This document shows, one piece after another, positions 48,984 to 58,249 of a stretch of DNA of 64,000 nt. Every line of letters starts with the position of its first letter. Position 1 is the first letter of the stretch. The translations under genes and the position numbers were made by a program. The notes under the pieces are model-generated. The model made no database searches and had not been told where the DNA came from. It saw only the letters and a program-made list of their open reading frames with translations. This stretch comes from Nitrosopumilus sp. Its GTDB lineage: Archaea > Thermoproteota > Nitrososphaeria > Nitrososphaerales > Nitrosopumilaceae. The stretch is from positions 256,001-320,000 of the forward strand of contig OZ244651.1 in NCBI GenBank assembly GCA_965218695.1, given 5' to 3'.

Positions 48984-49717
48984 AGCCGGAATTCCTTTAG
49001 AAATCCATTGATACCTGCAAAATCATTTGGTGATGTAATCAGGACGTCCCCTGTGATGTCATGTACCCTACTTACAAACTCCTCAAACCTTCTGCCGTAT
49101 GACTCCAGATCCAGATTCAAAAATTCTGCAGACTTTGCATTCTTGGATGACGGGTACAACATTATCGGTATGACCGAGAACCCGTCGAGTATTTTGACAA
49201 GATTTTGAACCTGTTCCAGATTGTGAACCACCTGCGTCATGAATCCTTTCGGACGTGCCTTGATCTTCTTGCCAATCTTTGAGGGATCAGGCCTGTTTGG
49301 GACTGAAAGATACAGGTCAATCTTATCATCAATACCCTGCTCCCAGAGTCTCCTTACAGTGTCACTTGGAATCTGTCCCGAGTCGCTTGCTCCCGTCTGC
49401 GAAGGATCTCCCATCAGAACCAGCACTCCTGTAAATCCCACCGAGACATACTCGTCTACAAGCTCTGAAATCCTGTTCTGACTCTTGTCCCTGACCCTCA
49501 GGCTGGCAGTTATGGGCACGTCCGGAATATCCCTCCTAATCCTACTCCCTGCATCTGTTGGAGATACCCTGCGATGGCCAAGAACGTCCTCGGTAAGATG
49601 TATTGCATCACATCTCTGCGAGATCTCCCTTATCCTGTCCAAAAATGCTGCAATCGTATCATCCATGCTGGTCCCAGGGATTATCTTGGGCGGGTTGGCC
49701 TCGTATCTGATAGTCAT
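48980..49717 (-). CDS. metF: Methylenetetrahydrofolate reductase-like protein
   Basis: YEANPPK, LRVRD, LVLMGDP, GFMTQ; next to metH; the ORF-track extension to 49777 enters IS66. Confidence 0.75.
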   Translation of the reverse strand: MTIRYEANPPKIIPGTSMDDTIAAFLDRIREISQRCDAIHLTEDVLGHRRVSPTDAGSRIRRDIPDVPITASLRVRDKSQNRISELVDEYVSVGFTGVLVLMGDPSQTGASDSGQIPSDTVRRLWEQGIDDKIDLYLSVPNRPDPSKIGKKIKARPKGFMTQVVHNLEQVQNLVKILDGFSVIPIMLYPSSKNAKSAEFLNLDLESYGRRFEEFVSRVHDITGDVLITSPNDFAGINGFLKEFRL

Positions 49718-49765
49718 GTTGTCCCTCGTTTCAATCTTGATTAAAACCTTTGAGAGGAACCACGT

Positions 49766-51298
49766 GTATGAATTCACCTGTCCTTCCTGTCACAAAAAAA
49801 TGATCATACTGATCCATATGCTGGTAATACACATCCCTGTCCATGGGGAACCCACGGCACATGAACAGGGAACAGCTGGAGAGGGAACTGGCTGAGGAAA
49901 GGAAGAAAAATGCCATGCTCGAGTCCAAGATTGAAGAGGTGCTTGCCAAGATCGAACGTCTTGAAAGGGCCTTGGGGTACAGCGAGCGCATCATGACATA
50001 CTATACAAACCCCAACACGCCGCCCTCATCTGAATCCCTGGAATGGAAGGCCCAGAAGAGGGAGCGGGCAAAAAAACAGGAAAAGGGAGACAAAGCCAAG
50101 CGCGGGGGAAGAGATGGACACGTGGGGGCGTCGCGCCCCCGCGACCCGGAAAGGACCGTATCCCACAGGTTCGGGCGCAGGAAGTCGGGCAGGAGACGGG
50201 TGCCGGTACTCCCGGAATGCGGGTGCGGCGGCGGCCGGATGGCGATTGGCAGTCCGCGCGTGCGGGACATCACGGACATCATGGTGACTGCGTGCGAGAC
50301 GCGGCACCGCGTGGAGACTGCAATATGCGGCTCATGCGGCCACAGGGAAGATGCCCCAAACGACCTGCCGCGGCGGGGCAACTTCGGCAAGGGACTGGTC
50401 GGGCTCGTCTCAGAACTGCGCGCGGCACGGGTGCCGCTCAAGGGAATCTCGGTCGCGGTGCGCTCCATAACGGACATTGAGCTTGCAGGATCCACTGTCA
50501 ACAACATCATGGCGCGCGTCGGGGACGCCTCGGGCCACGAGGCAGGCAGGATCCTCGGGGAAGTGGAGGCTTCTGACTGTGCCGGGTTTGACGAGACCAG
50601 CTGGCGAAACGACGGCCAGAGGGTGCACGCAAACGTGGCACAGTCGGGCAAAAATATCGCAATAAACATCAGCCAGAGCAGGGCCACGCTCATGCTCGAT
50701 GCCATGGACAAATTTGACGGGGTGGCGATAACTGACGGGTACAACGGGTATGACAGGTTTGACAAGGGCGGCATGCACCAGTCGTGCTGGGCGCACGACC
50801 TCCGGCAGACAAGACACCTGGCAGAAAAATACTGTGCCGTGCCTCCCAAGACCAAACGCGTCCGGCGGCGGCGGCAGCTCCACGAGGACCACAAGTGGGT
50901 GTTTGAGAGGGCAAAACTGCTGGCCGCGCAGGAGGCGCACTCGCTACAGCTGCGGCATACGATGAACCGCACCATGCAGGACGTGCTTGACCGGTACCGC
51001 GATGCCGGTGGTGGTAACGATGACGACATGCAAAAGGTGCTGGACAAGCTCGAGAGGCACCTGCACCGCATGTTTGCGTTCCTGGAGCATCCCGGCGTCG
51101 AGCCTACAAACAACGCCAGCGAGAGGGCGCTGCGCTACCTGGTGGTGTTCCGCAAGATAAGCGGGCAGACCAAGGGTGGGCCCAAGTCCATGAAGCGTCT
51201 TGCAGATTTTGTTACATGCGTCCTCACGTGGAGGGCACATGGCAAGAGCGTGGCCGAAGAAGTTGGTCGACTGATATAAGGGGCAGGTGAACTCATAC
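49766..51298 (+). mobile_element. IS66-family element, copy C2
   Basis: TIR GTATGA(A/G)TTCACCTG; 8-bp TSD AACCACGT (49758-49765, 51299-51306). Confidence 0.95.
49843..51279 (+). CDS. IS66 transposase (paralogue of 31900-33348)
   Basis: Near-identical to C1 except for the first ~37 aa. Confidence 0.93.
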   Translation: MGNPRHMNREQLERELAEERKKNAMLESKIEEVLAKIERLERALGYSERIMTYYTNPNTPPSSESLEWKAQKRERAKKQEKGDKAKRGGRDGHVGASRPRDPERTVSHRFGRRKSGRRRVPVLPECGCGGGRMAIGSPRVRDITDIMVTACETRHRVETAICGSCGHREDAPNDLPRRGNFGKGLVGLVSELRAARVPLKGISVAVRSITDIELAGSTVNNIMARVGDASGHEAGRILGEVEASDCAGFDETSWRNDGQRVHANVAQSGKNIAINISQSRATLMLDAMDKFDGVAITDGYNGYDRFDKGGMHQSCWAHDLRQTRHLAEKYCAVPPKTKRVRRRRQLHEDHKWVFERAKLLAAQEAHSLQLRHTMNRTMQDVLDRYRDAGGGNDDDMQKVLDKLERHLHRMFAFLEHPGVEPTNNASERALRYLVVFRKISGQTKGGPKSMKRLADFVTCVLTWRAHGKSVAEEVGRLI

Positions 51299-51444
51299 AA
51301 CCACGTCAAAGTACCGGACCGGGCGCAAGTGATGCAGTGATGCCGGAATCCGTTTTTGGGTTAACCGGCTAGCCGATATCTGCCCAATGCCGGACGAAGA
51401 AAACGCATTCACCCTAATTAAGCAGAGTCTTCTGAAGGCAATAT

Positions 51445-52008
51445 ATGATGCTGGATGACATACGATCCGCCCTTTCCAGTCCAATCATTCCGGAAATAAA
51501 GGACACTGCGGGATACCGGCTGGCGTCGGTGCTTGTTGTAGTGTATGGAAGAGACCCCTCCATAATAATGACCAAAAAGTCCAAACATATGAGGATTCAT
51601 GCAGGCGAAGTCTCGTTTCCGGGCGGAAAGATGGATGGCGATTCTGACCTCCTGCAGACTGCGCTTCGTGAAACCGGCGAGGAGATCGGCCTGACTCTTT
51701 CAAAGGCTCAGGTGACTGGCCAGCTGGAACCTGTCGTTACCCTAAACTCCGGCTTTTTGATTCTGCCATTCGTATCCGTGGTTGATAATATTCCTGCACT
51801 CTTGGCAAACTGGGAGGTGGAAGAAATCTTTCACATACCATTGGAGCCATTCCTGCAGACTGTCGCAGTTGACCCGGATCCGTTCCACAACATCATTGAG
51901 ACAATGTACACGTTCCGGTATCAAAACCATGTTGTATGGGGCGCTTCGGCCCGAATACTCAAGCAGATTCAAACCCAAATCTTAGCTTCATTTAAAAAGA
52001 GCTCATAG
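51445..52008 (+). CDS. Nudix hydrolase, CoA pyrophosphatase type
   Basis: HAGEVSFPGGK...TALRETGEEIGL; VWGASA. Confidence 0.92.
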   Translation: MMLDDIRSALSSPIIPEIKDTAGYRLASVLVVVYGRDPSIIMTKKSKHMRIHAGEVSFPGGKMDGDSDLLQTALRETGEEIGLTLSKAQVTGQLEPVVTLNSGFLILPFVSVVDNIPALLANWEVEEIFHIPLEPFLQTVAVDPDPFHNIIETMYTFRYQNHVVWGASARILKQIQTQILASFKKSS

Positions 52009-52020
52009 TGGTAATTTTTC

Positions 52021-52179
52021 ATGGCTGCACGCAAGTCTTCTCCAAGAAAGATACGTCTTTTAAAAAAGACCAGGCAGACATCCCCTGTGCCAGCTTGGAT
52101 AATCCTCAAGACAAAAAGAGGTGTCAGAACAAACCCAAAACGCAGGGCTTGGAGATCAACTGATGTCGAGGTGGGATAG
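52021..52179 (+). CDS. rpl39e: 50S ribosomal protein L39e; absent from the ORF track
   Basis: MAARKSSPRKIRLLKKTRQTSPVPAWIILKTKRGVRTNPKRRAWRSTDVEVG*; immediately upstream of L31e. Confidence 0.95.
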   Translation: MAARKSSPRKIRLLKKTRQTSPVPAWIILKTKRGVRTNPKRRAWRSTDVEVG

Positions 52180-52659
52180 ATGTCTGAAGAGTCAGAAAGA
52201 GTATACACAATTAACCTAGGCAAGGTACTGCTCTCACAGTCACAACACAGGGCTGTCAGGGCAATCAACATGATCAGGGAGTTTGCACGTCACCACATGA
52301 AAGTGCAGGAGATTAAAATCGAGGAGGAACTGGCCCAATTGATCTGGGCAAGGGGCGTTCGAAGACCACCAAGAAAGGTAAGGGTCAGAATGAATACGAC
52401 TGATGAAGGCTACATACTTGTCTCTGCATATGATGAGGAACTTGAAGCCAGGCTGTCTTCGGAAAAGCAGGATTCAGGGAAATCATCGAAGACTGCCAGC
52501 AAGCCATCTGCCACCACGGAGACTGCCAGCAAGCCATCTTCCATACCCGAACCTGTGGACGAGCCATCTGCCACCACGGAGACTGCCAGCGAGCCATCTG
52601 ATGCAACAAATCCTACCGATGAGTCCAAGGCTCAGAAAACATCTGATAAAAAGTCATAA
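52180..52659 (+). CDS. rpl31e: 50S ribosomal protein L31e with a repeat-expanded C-terminal tail
   Basis: ERVYTINL, RAVRAINMIREFARHHMK, IWARGVRRPPRKVRV. Confidence 0.95.
   Translation: MSEESERVYTINLGKVLLSQSQHRAVRAINMIREFARHHMKVQEIKIEEELAQLIWARGVRRPPRKVRVRMNTTDEGYILVSAYDEELEARLSSEKQDSGKSSKTASKPSATTETASKPSSIPEPVDEPSATTETASEPSDATNPTDESKAQKTSDKKS
52491..52600 (+). repeat. In-frame 30-bp tandem repeat (~3.7 units, TASKPSATTE)
   Basis: Unit GACTGCCAGCAAGCCATCTGCCACCACGGA, period 30. Confidence 0.85.
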
Positions 52660-52762
52660 CCCGCATCCCTACGCGTGACCAATCCTAGGGTGGTTTTGAC
52701 ACAACCGTCAGTGAAAAATTACTTGTGCTGTAAATATGGCAAAGACCTGTTGAGGTGAAAAC

Positions 52763-53713
52763 CTACTCCAGTTGATACAGATCCAGCTTGCAGTCTATGC
52801 TGCAATCCGGCATGTCCCAGTCAAGCGTATTCCCTTGTGGAATAACCCCCAGCGGATCATACTTGTCAAATTTTGTCATGCCCTGCACCGAGGACAGCAT
52901 GACTACTCTGGATTCATCAGTAGATGACATTACCTCTATTTGGGAGTCATCTTCGTTTACAATTCCGCCTGCTAGGCTCGTAATTGATTCCAACACGCCT
53001 ACTGGGATGTTCTCTCCTCCTACAACATACAACATGGAGCGTTTGACTGCGCTTGGTGACGTGTTTTCATAAAGCATCTTCAGCGAATCCTTGAGGGATT
53101 CCTCAATGTCCTGTCCGTGTCTGCCGGTCGTAAGGACGCTTGTCTCTGATGGCATCTCAGTGGATCCGAGTGATCTTACCACGTGTCTGATTGCCGAGTT
53201 TGCAATTTCATAGCATGACTTGGGGCTCAGATCCGGATTGCTTTCAAGCAAGGAATCGTTGTCAAGGACAATCGTACACTGGGAATTCTCCCTGATCCTC
53301 TTCAGGGACACCCCTGAATCAAAAATCCTGTCCTTTTCATACTTGAACGGCATGACTGCAAAAGAGATCAGTTCCTTGTCTGACTCTTTGCATATCTGGG
53401 ATACGACAGGTGCCATGGCAGCCCCCGCCTTTCCGGCCATGTTGCTCATCATAATGACTGTGGAATAGCCTGCAATTTTGGATCTTATCTGGTCTGTCAT
53501 CTTGTATGTCGATCCCCTGATCAGTCTGACAGACGGATTGATTACTGAATCTGTCGAAACATGAATGGACTGGCCGTCCCGGGTAAAGTCCCTGACATCG
53601 TTGCTGATGATCAGATAGTCTGAACCCAGCGTGTCTCCTGCATCCGTGGCTAGTTTTGATCCCGCTCCGCCTATTCCAATGACCAGAGTCGGTTTTCTCA
53701 TCTGCAGGCTCAT
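52763..53713 (-). CDS. ftsZ: Thaumarchaeal FtsZ/tubulin-like protein
   Basis: VIGIGGAGSK, degenerate tubulin signature MAGKAGAAMAP, MPFKYE, IVLDNDSL. Confidence 0.8.
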   Translation of the reverse strand: MSLQMRKPTLVIGIGGAGSKLATDAGDTLGSDYLIISNDVRDFTRDGQSIHVSTDSVINPSVRLIRGSTYKMTDQIRSKIAGYSTVIMMSNMAGKAGAAMAPVVSQICKESDKELISFAVMPFKYEKDRIFDSGVSLKRIRENSQCTIVLDNDSLLESNPDLSPKSCYEIANSAIRHVVRSLGSTEMPSETSVLTTGRHGQDIEESLKDSLKMLYENTSPSAVKRSMLYVVGGENIPVGVLESITSLAGGIVNEDDSQIEVMSSTDESRVVMLSSVQGMTKFDKYDPLGVIPQGNTLDWDMPDCSIDCKLDLYQLE

Positions 53714-53788
53714 CTGATTACTATTTGCAGGTTAGATAAAAAACCTTCTTACATTTTTTTGGTTAGATTTTGAATCTAAAAAATTTAG

Positions 53789-55054
53789 CTAAACGACTTT
53801 TCCTAGAAGGGATTTTGTGCCCGAGTCTGTGATCTCGACTGTGTGTGATTGGCCGATCTCCACTGCATCCCGGACAAATACGGGCTTGTATGCCATGTTT
53901 CTGCCCTTGACGCCATCGTCTGTCTTCTCATCAAACAGGACTCTCCCCTTCCAGCCTATCCACTCCCTGTTGTTCTCTGCTGATATCCTGCTGATCTGTT
54001 CGAATACTGCCTTGCTTCGTCGCTTCACCTCTGCAACATCCACCTGTTTCATCTCTGCTGCGTCCGTGCCGGGCCTTGCGCTGTATCTGGACAGGTTTAC
54101 AACATCCGGCCTGGTCTCCTCAAGCAGGCTAACTGTCATCTCAAAGTCCTCTTCAGTCTCCGATGGGAATCCCACGATGATGTCTGTGGATATGGTCATT
54201 CTCCTAAATCTCTCCCTTGCCTCCTTTGCCACCCTCCTGAACGTCTCGGCAGTATGGCCCCTCTTCATGTCGTGGAGTACCCTGTCGCTCCCGCTCTGTA
54301 CTGGGATGTGAAGAAACTTGAAGACCCTCTCGCTGTCAAATGACTCCATCAGCCTCCTCCTGATTCTTGGCATGTACGTGGGGTTCATCATGCCGACCCT
54401 TATCATGAATTCCTTGGGAATTGAAGACACTGCATTTACGAGTTCCGGAAGATCCGTCCCGATGTCCAATCCGTAGCATCCGTTGTCAGTAGATGTAAGC
54501 CATATCTCCCTGCATCCGTCATTAATCTCGGCCTTCACCTGTCTTACGATGTCGCCTGTCCTGTAGCTGGAGAGGCCGCCCTTTGCCAGCTTGGTCTGGC
54601 AGAACGTGCATTCGCTCATGCACCCGCTGGCAATCTCTACAATTCCTACCGTCTGGTTCAATCTGACCTTTGGAAGTCCTACCTTTGAGACATCCGTATC
54701 CTCAAGGGCGATCTGCTGTCTCCCTTCAAGTGTCGACTCCACCACCTGCAGCGTCCTGCCGAGGGAGTTTGGTCCAAGCATGCTTGCATTTTCTGCAAAC
54801 CTGCTGACAGTGTCCACCTCCGCCTTTGGAAGGCATCCTGCCACAATCAGCGGTCTTGATTCCAGTGACTTTATCCTGTGAATCATCTTGTTTGCCGTGG
54901 CATCCTTGACAGAACATGTGACTATGACGTTCAGATCCGACTCTGAGGTATTGTCAACTAGTGTGTGGCCGCCGTTCTGGATCAGCCCTGAGATCATCTC
55001 CGAGTCTGCAAAGCTTGCAGAACATCCATACGCCTCTACAAAGATTCTTGCCAT
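53789..55054 (-). CDS. t6A37 tRNA methylthiotransferase (MiaB-like, e-MtaB type)
   Basis: YGCSASFADSE, TCSVK, GCMSECTFC radical-SAM motif, HIPVQSGSD, C-terminal TRAM domain. Confidence 0.9.
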   Translation of the reverse strand: MARIFVEAYGCSASFADSEMISGLIQNGGHTLVDNTSESDLNVIVTCSVKDATANKMIHRIKSLESRPLIVAGCLPKAEVDTVSRFAENASMLGPNSLGRTLQVVESTLEGRQQIALEDTDVSKVGLPKVRLNQTVGIVEIASGCMSECTFCQTKLAKGGLSSYRTGDIVRQVKAEINDGCREIWLTSTDNGCYGLDIGTDLPELVNAVSSIPKEFMIRVGMMNPTYMPRIRRRLMESFDSERVFKFLHIPVQSGSDRVLHDMKRGHTAETFRRVAKEARERFRRMTISTDIIVGFPSETEEDFEMTVSLLEETRPDVVNLSRYSARPGTDAAEMKQVDVAEVKRRSKAVFEQISRISAENNREWIGWKGRVLFDEKTDDGVKGRNMAYKPVFVRDAVEIGQSHTVEITDSGTKSLLGKVV

Positions 55055-55057
55055 TTC

Positions 55058-56419
55058 CTATCCGAACAGGGCGTCTACTTCCTTGTTAGTCATCAGTTTC
55101 TTTGAGACTACCAGCTCCCTGATTGTTTTTCCTGTCTTTAGCGATTCCTTGAAGAGTTCTGCGGATCTCAGATAGCCGATCCTTGGCGTCAGCAATGTCA
55201 CAATCACGGGACTCTTTTCAATGCCTGCACGGAGGCTGTCACTGTTTGCCTCAAGTCCGTCTATCAGATTGGCCGAGAATATCGGCAGAAAGTTCTTGAT
55301 CATGTCTGTTGATTCAAGCATACACTTGAGCATTCCTGGCAGCATTACATTGAGTTCGAACTGGCCGCTTTGCGCAGCACACGCGACTGCCGTGTCGTTT
55401 CCAATCATGTTAAAACAGATCATGTTCATGCATTCTGCAAGGGAGGGATTTACCTTGCCTGGCATGATCGACGAGCCTGCATGCACTGCAGGTATTCCAA
55501 TCTCGGCTAGTCCTGCAACAGGGCCTGAAGCCATTAGCCTGATGTCATTTGCAAGCTTGCCTATCTCCAGTGCCAGGTTTCTTAATGCCGCTGATGTGTT
55601 TGCCACTGCAAACCTGCTCTGCAGGCCGTGTTGCATGTCTCTTTCAGGCTTCAGGGGAATTCCGGAGATCCTTGCAAGTTCCCTGATTGCTATTCTTCTG
55701 TATCCCTTTGGCGTATTTGCGCCGGAGCCTACGGCGGTTCCTCCCAGGGGAATCTTCTGCAGCTCCTTTTGTGATGATACGATCTGATCTCTTGCCTTGG
55801 TAATTGACGTGGCCATTGCGGCAAACTCGCTGCCCAGCGTGACTGGCAGCGCATCCATGAGATGGGTCCTGCCAATCTTCTTGAATCCGGAAAAATATGC
55901 TGCCTTCTCTGAGAGTGATTTTATCAGTATGTCCACTGCAGGAACCGCCTCCTCTAGGTTCATCAGGATTGAGACGTGCATTGCAGCGGGGTATGTGTCG
56001 TTGCTTGACTGTGACATGTTTACGTGATCGTTTGGATGCAGAAACTCGTACTGCCCCTTCTTTTTGTGCAGTATCTCAAGCGCCACGTTTGCTATTACCT
56101 CGTTGGTATTCATGTTGAATGCCGTGCCTGCACCGGAGTTTATCATATCCACTACAAACTGATCAACATGTTTTCCTGCCAAGATTCTGTCACATGCTGA
56201 GATTATTGCTCCTCCGCGCTCTGCATCGATTGTCTTTGTCTCCATGTTTGCAACCGCAGCTGATCGTTTGATCATCACAAATGCCCTGATCAGGTTCCCA
56301 TGGGCCGTGTTGCCTGTGACGTGGTACTGCTGGATCGCCCTGCCGGTGAATGCCCCATAGTACGCCTTGGCCGGAATCTTGATCTTTCCAAGAGAGTCCT
56401 GATCCAGCCTAAACTTCAT
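55058..56419 (-). CDS. Class II fumarate hydratase / aspartate ammonia-lyase family
   Basis: HPNDHVNMSQSSND, KIGRTHLMDA, GSSIMPGKVNP. Confidence 0.92.
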   Translation of the reverse strand: MKFRLDQDSLGKIKIPAKAYYGAFTGRAIQQYHVTGNTAHGNLIRAFVMIKRSAAVANMETKTIDAERGGAIISACDRILAGKHVDQFVVDMINSGAGTAFNMNTNEVIANVALEILHKKKGQYEFLHPNDHVNMSQSSNDTYPAAMHVSILMNLEEAVPAVDILIKSLSEKAAYFSGFKKIGRTHLMDALPVTLGSEFAAMATSITKARDQIVSSQKELQKIPLGGTAVGSGANTPKGYRRIAIRELARISGIPLKPERDMQHGLQSRFAVANTSAALRNLALEIGKLANDIRLMASGPVAGLAEIGIPAVHAGSSIMPGKVNPSLAECMNMICFNMIGNDTAVACAAQSGQFELNVMLPGMLKCMLESTDMIKNFLPIFSANLIDGLEANSDSLRAGIEKSPVIVTLLTPRIGYLRSAELFKESLKTGKTIRELVVSKKLMTNKEVDALFG

Positions 56420-56537
56420 GTTAATTCTCTATGATCGTGACCTATTATTCATTCCTATTTTTAAATTGCAATCCGGCACGCATCCTAACAAACCCAATCC
56501 GGCAGTCGTGTTGGCACTGGCATTCATGACCATGACT

Positions 56538-56594
56538 AGTCGATGTTTGTTCAATGCAGAAGGATGCATGTCCGTGCACCGATTCTGCATAAGG
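56538..56594 (+). repeat. Dispersed intergenic repeat family 2 (homologue of the microsatellite flanks at 45095-45402)
   Basis: 28/35 match to the left flank; 21/30 to the right flank once the MITE and ISH3 are removed. Confidence 0.65.
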
Positions 56595-56598
56595 GTAT

Positions 56599-57890
56599 CA
56601 GTCTTCCCAGAAGTACCTGAAAACAGCCCAAAATCAAAACAGATCAATTAGGGCAATCTCAGAAGGTCATCGAACTACCAATGAACCAACTGAGACGCGA
56701 CTTGCTTAACAACCCACGCATATATCAAGATGTTCTGGACACGGTAGGGGCAGGCATGTCCCCGTGCATCATGGTCTCACACAGGCACAATGCCATCTAC
56801 GGCACCGAGGATTTTCACAGAAGCATGGCAGGCGCATGTGCGCACGGCAGGCAGGTGGCCGGATGCACCAGGTCCTCCAAGAGAATCGGCGGTGCAGACG
56901 GGGACTCACGCCCAAGTGATGAGTGGATGCGCGATGCGGCATCCCGGACGCGTGGCAGCGACGTCTACAAATGCTTTGCCAAGACAGTCGTCCTGCAGCT
57001 TGACCAGATGCGCAAGATGAGACTGCTCAAGAAAGACCAGGAGATTGACTTGGCAATCGACATGCACCTGATACCCAGATACGACAAGAGCTACGGGGCA
57101 GAACTGGTGCGCTCAAAGGCCAAGGACGGGACACACGTCTTTGAGAGGTACATCACGATACAGTCCACGGTTCAGAACCTTCGCCTCGTGTTAGGCGTCC
57201 TGAACATGCCGTCACTTGAGGATACTGCCGATTTCGTGCGTAAAATCATCGGCTCTGCACGGGACGTGGGGGCCTGCATCGGAATGGCGATGCTGGACAG
57301 GGAGTTCTTTACGGCAGACGTAATGGGGACGCTTGGGGACATGGGCATCAAATATCTGATACCATGCAAGAATACGGATACTGTGGTGGATGCCATCGCA
57401 GAGTTTGCTACAGGCAGGCGCGGCCGCGTCTCCAAATCCGTCATCGTCGGGGGAGATGGCAGGGAGGTGTCGTATACGATGACCATCACAGAAAGGAAGA
57501 AGAGGAAGAAAAGAAAGGACGACGACGAGCTGCTGCCGCACGAGAAATACATCGGGTTTGCCACCAACGTCCCCGACGTGGATCCGGACTCGTACGGGAA
57601 CAGGTGGGGCATAGAGACTGGATACCGGATGATAGAAAACACAAGGGCCAAGACGCACAGCAAGAACCCGATGGCGCGACTTTTGTGCTTTGTGTACTCT
57701 GTAGCCGTCTTTAACGCTTGGGTAATGGCAAACGCAACGCTGATGCACGTTACCGGGATTTATCCCACGGATCCCCCGATCACCCAACAGGATCTCAGGG
57801 ACATGCTGCTGTTGCTGATCGTATTTGGCTACAAAGAGCCGCCGGAGCCCCCGCCGCCGGTGCTACCCTGAGCTACTTCTGGGAAGACTG
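56599..57890 (+). mobile_element. ISH3-type element, copy A2
   Basis: 17-bp TIR CAGTCTTCCCAGAAGTA; TSD GGTAT (56594-56598, 57891-57895); 1292 bp. Confidence 0.95.
56681..57871 (+). CDS. ISH3/IS4-like transposase identical to 1730-2920
   Basis: Identical 396-aa translation. Confidence 0.93.
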   Translation: MNQLRRDLLNNPRIYQDVLDTVGAGMSPCIMVSHRHNAIYGTEDFHRSMAGACAHGRQVAGCTRSSKRIGGADGDSRPSDEWMRDAASRTRGSDVYKCFAKTVVLQLDQMRKMRLLKKDQEIDLAIDMHLIPRYDKSYGAELVRSKAKDGTHVFERYITIQSTVQNLRLVLGVLNMPSLEDTADFVRKIIGSARDVGACIGMAMLDREFFTADVMGTLGDMGIKYLIPCKNTDTVVDAIAEFATGRRGRVSKSVIVGGDGREVSYTMTITERKKRKKRKDDDELLPHEKYIGFATNVPDVDPDSYGNRWGIETGYRMIENTRAKTHSKNPMARLLCFVYSVAVFNAWVMANATLMHVTGIYPTDPPITQQDLRDMLLLLIVFGYKEPPEPPPPVLP

Positions 57891-57891
57891 G

Positions 57892-57983
57892 GTATATACT
57901 CAGGTCCCGCCTAGTCCTAGGCACGGATTTGTAAGCAGTTTCTCATTTCCACGCCTATGCCGGTGGTGGACCTGAGCATATAC
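57892..57983. mobile_element. IS66-type MITE, 92 bp
   Basis: TIR GTATAT(A/G)CTCAGGTCC; 8-bp TSD GCATAAGG (56587-56594 and 57984-57991); the ISH3 A2 is inserted at its left tip. Confidence 0.85.
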
Positions 57984-58249
57984 GCATAAGGTCTATTGCA
58001 GTTAACGCAGAAGTAAGGCTTGCAGAATCCATGGCAGCCAGTAATCATGACCTTGAATGACTCTGCTGGTGTTCCTGCACGGTATCGTACGCAATCTGAA
58101 TGTCCAAATTACATACGTTCACTGCAGCATCTGCAGGATGGGAAAGACATCCTTCTCAGGGACAGATATCAGACGGTCCGACAGAATCTGTCCGGAAGAC
58201 AGAACCGTTACGGTACGCGAGGACGCGGCAGGATTAATCCTGTTGGTTT

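Noticed and set aside
57992-58249. Downstream end of ISH3 lineage D and a 14-bp palindrome CAGGATTAATCCTG (58229-58242)
   Set aside because: No convincing TIR/TSD pair with 61323-61440; a single palindrome carries too little information.
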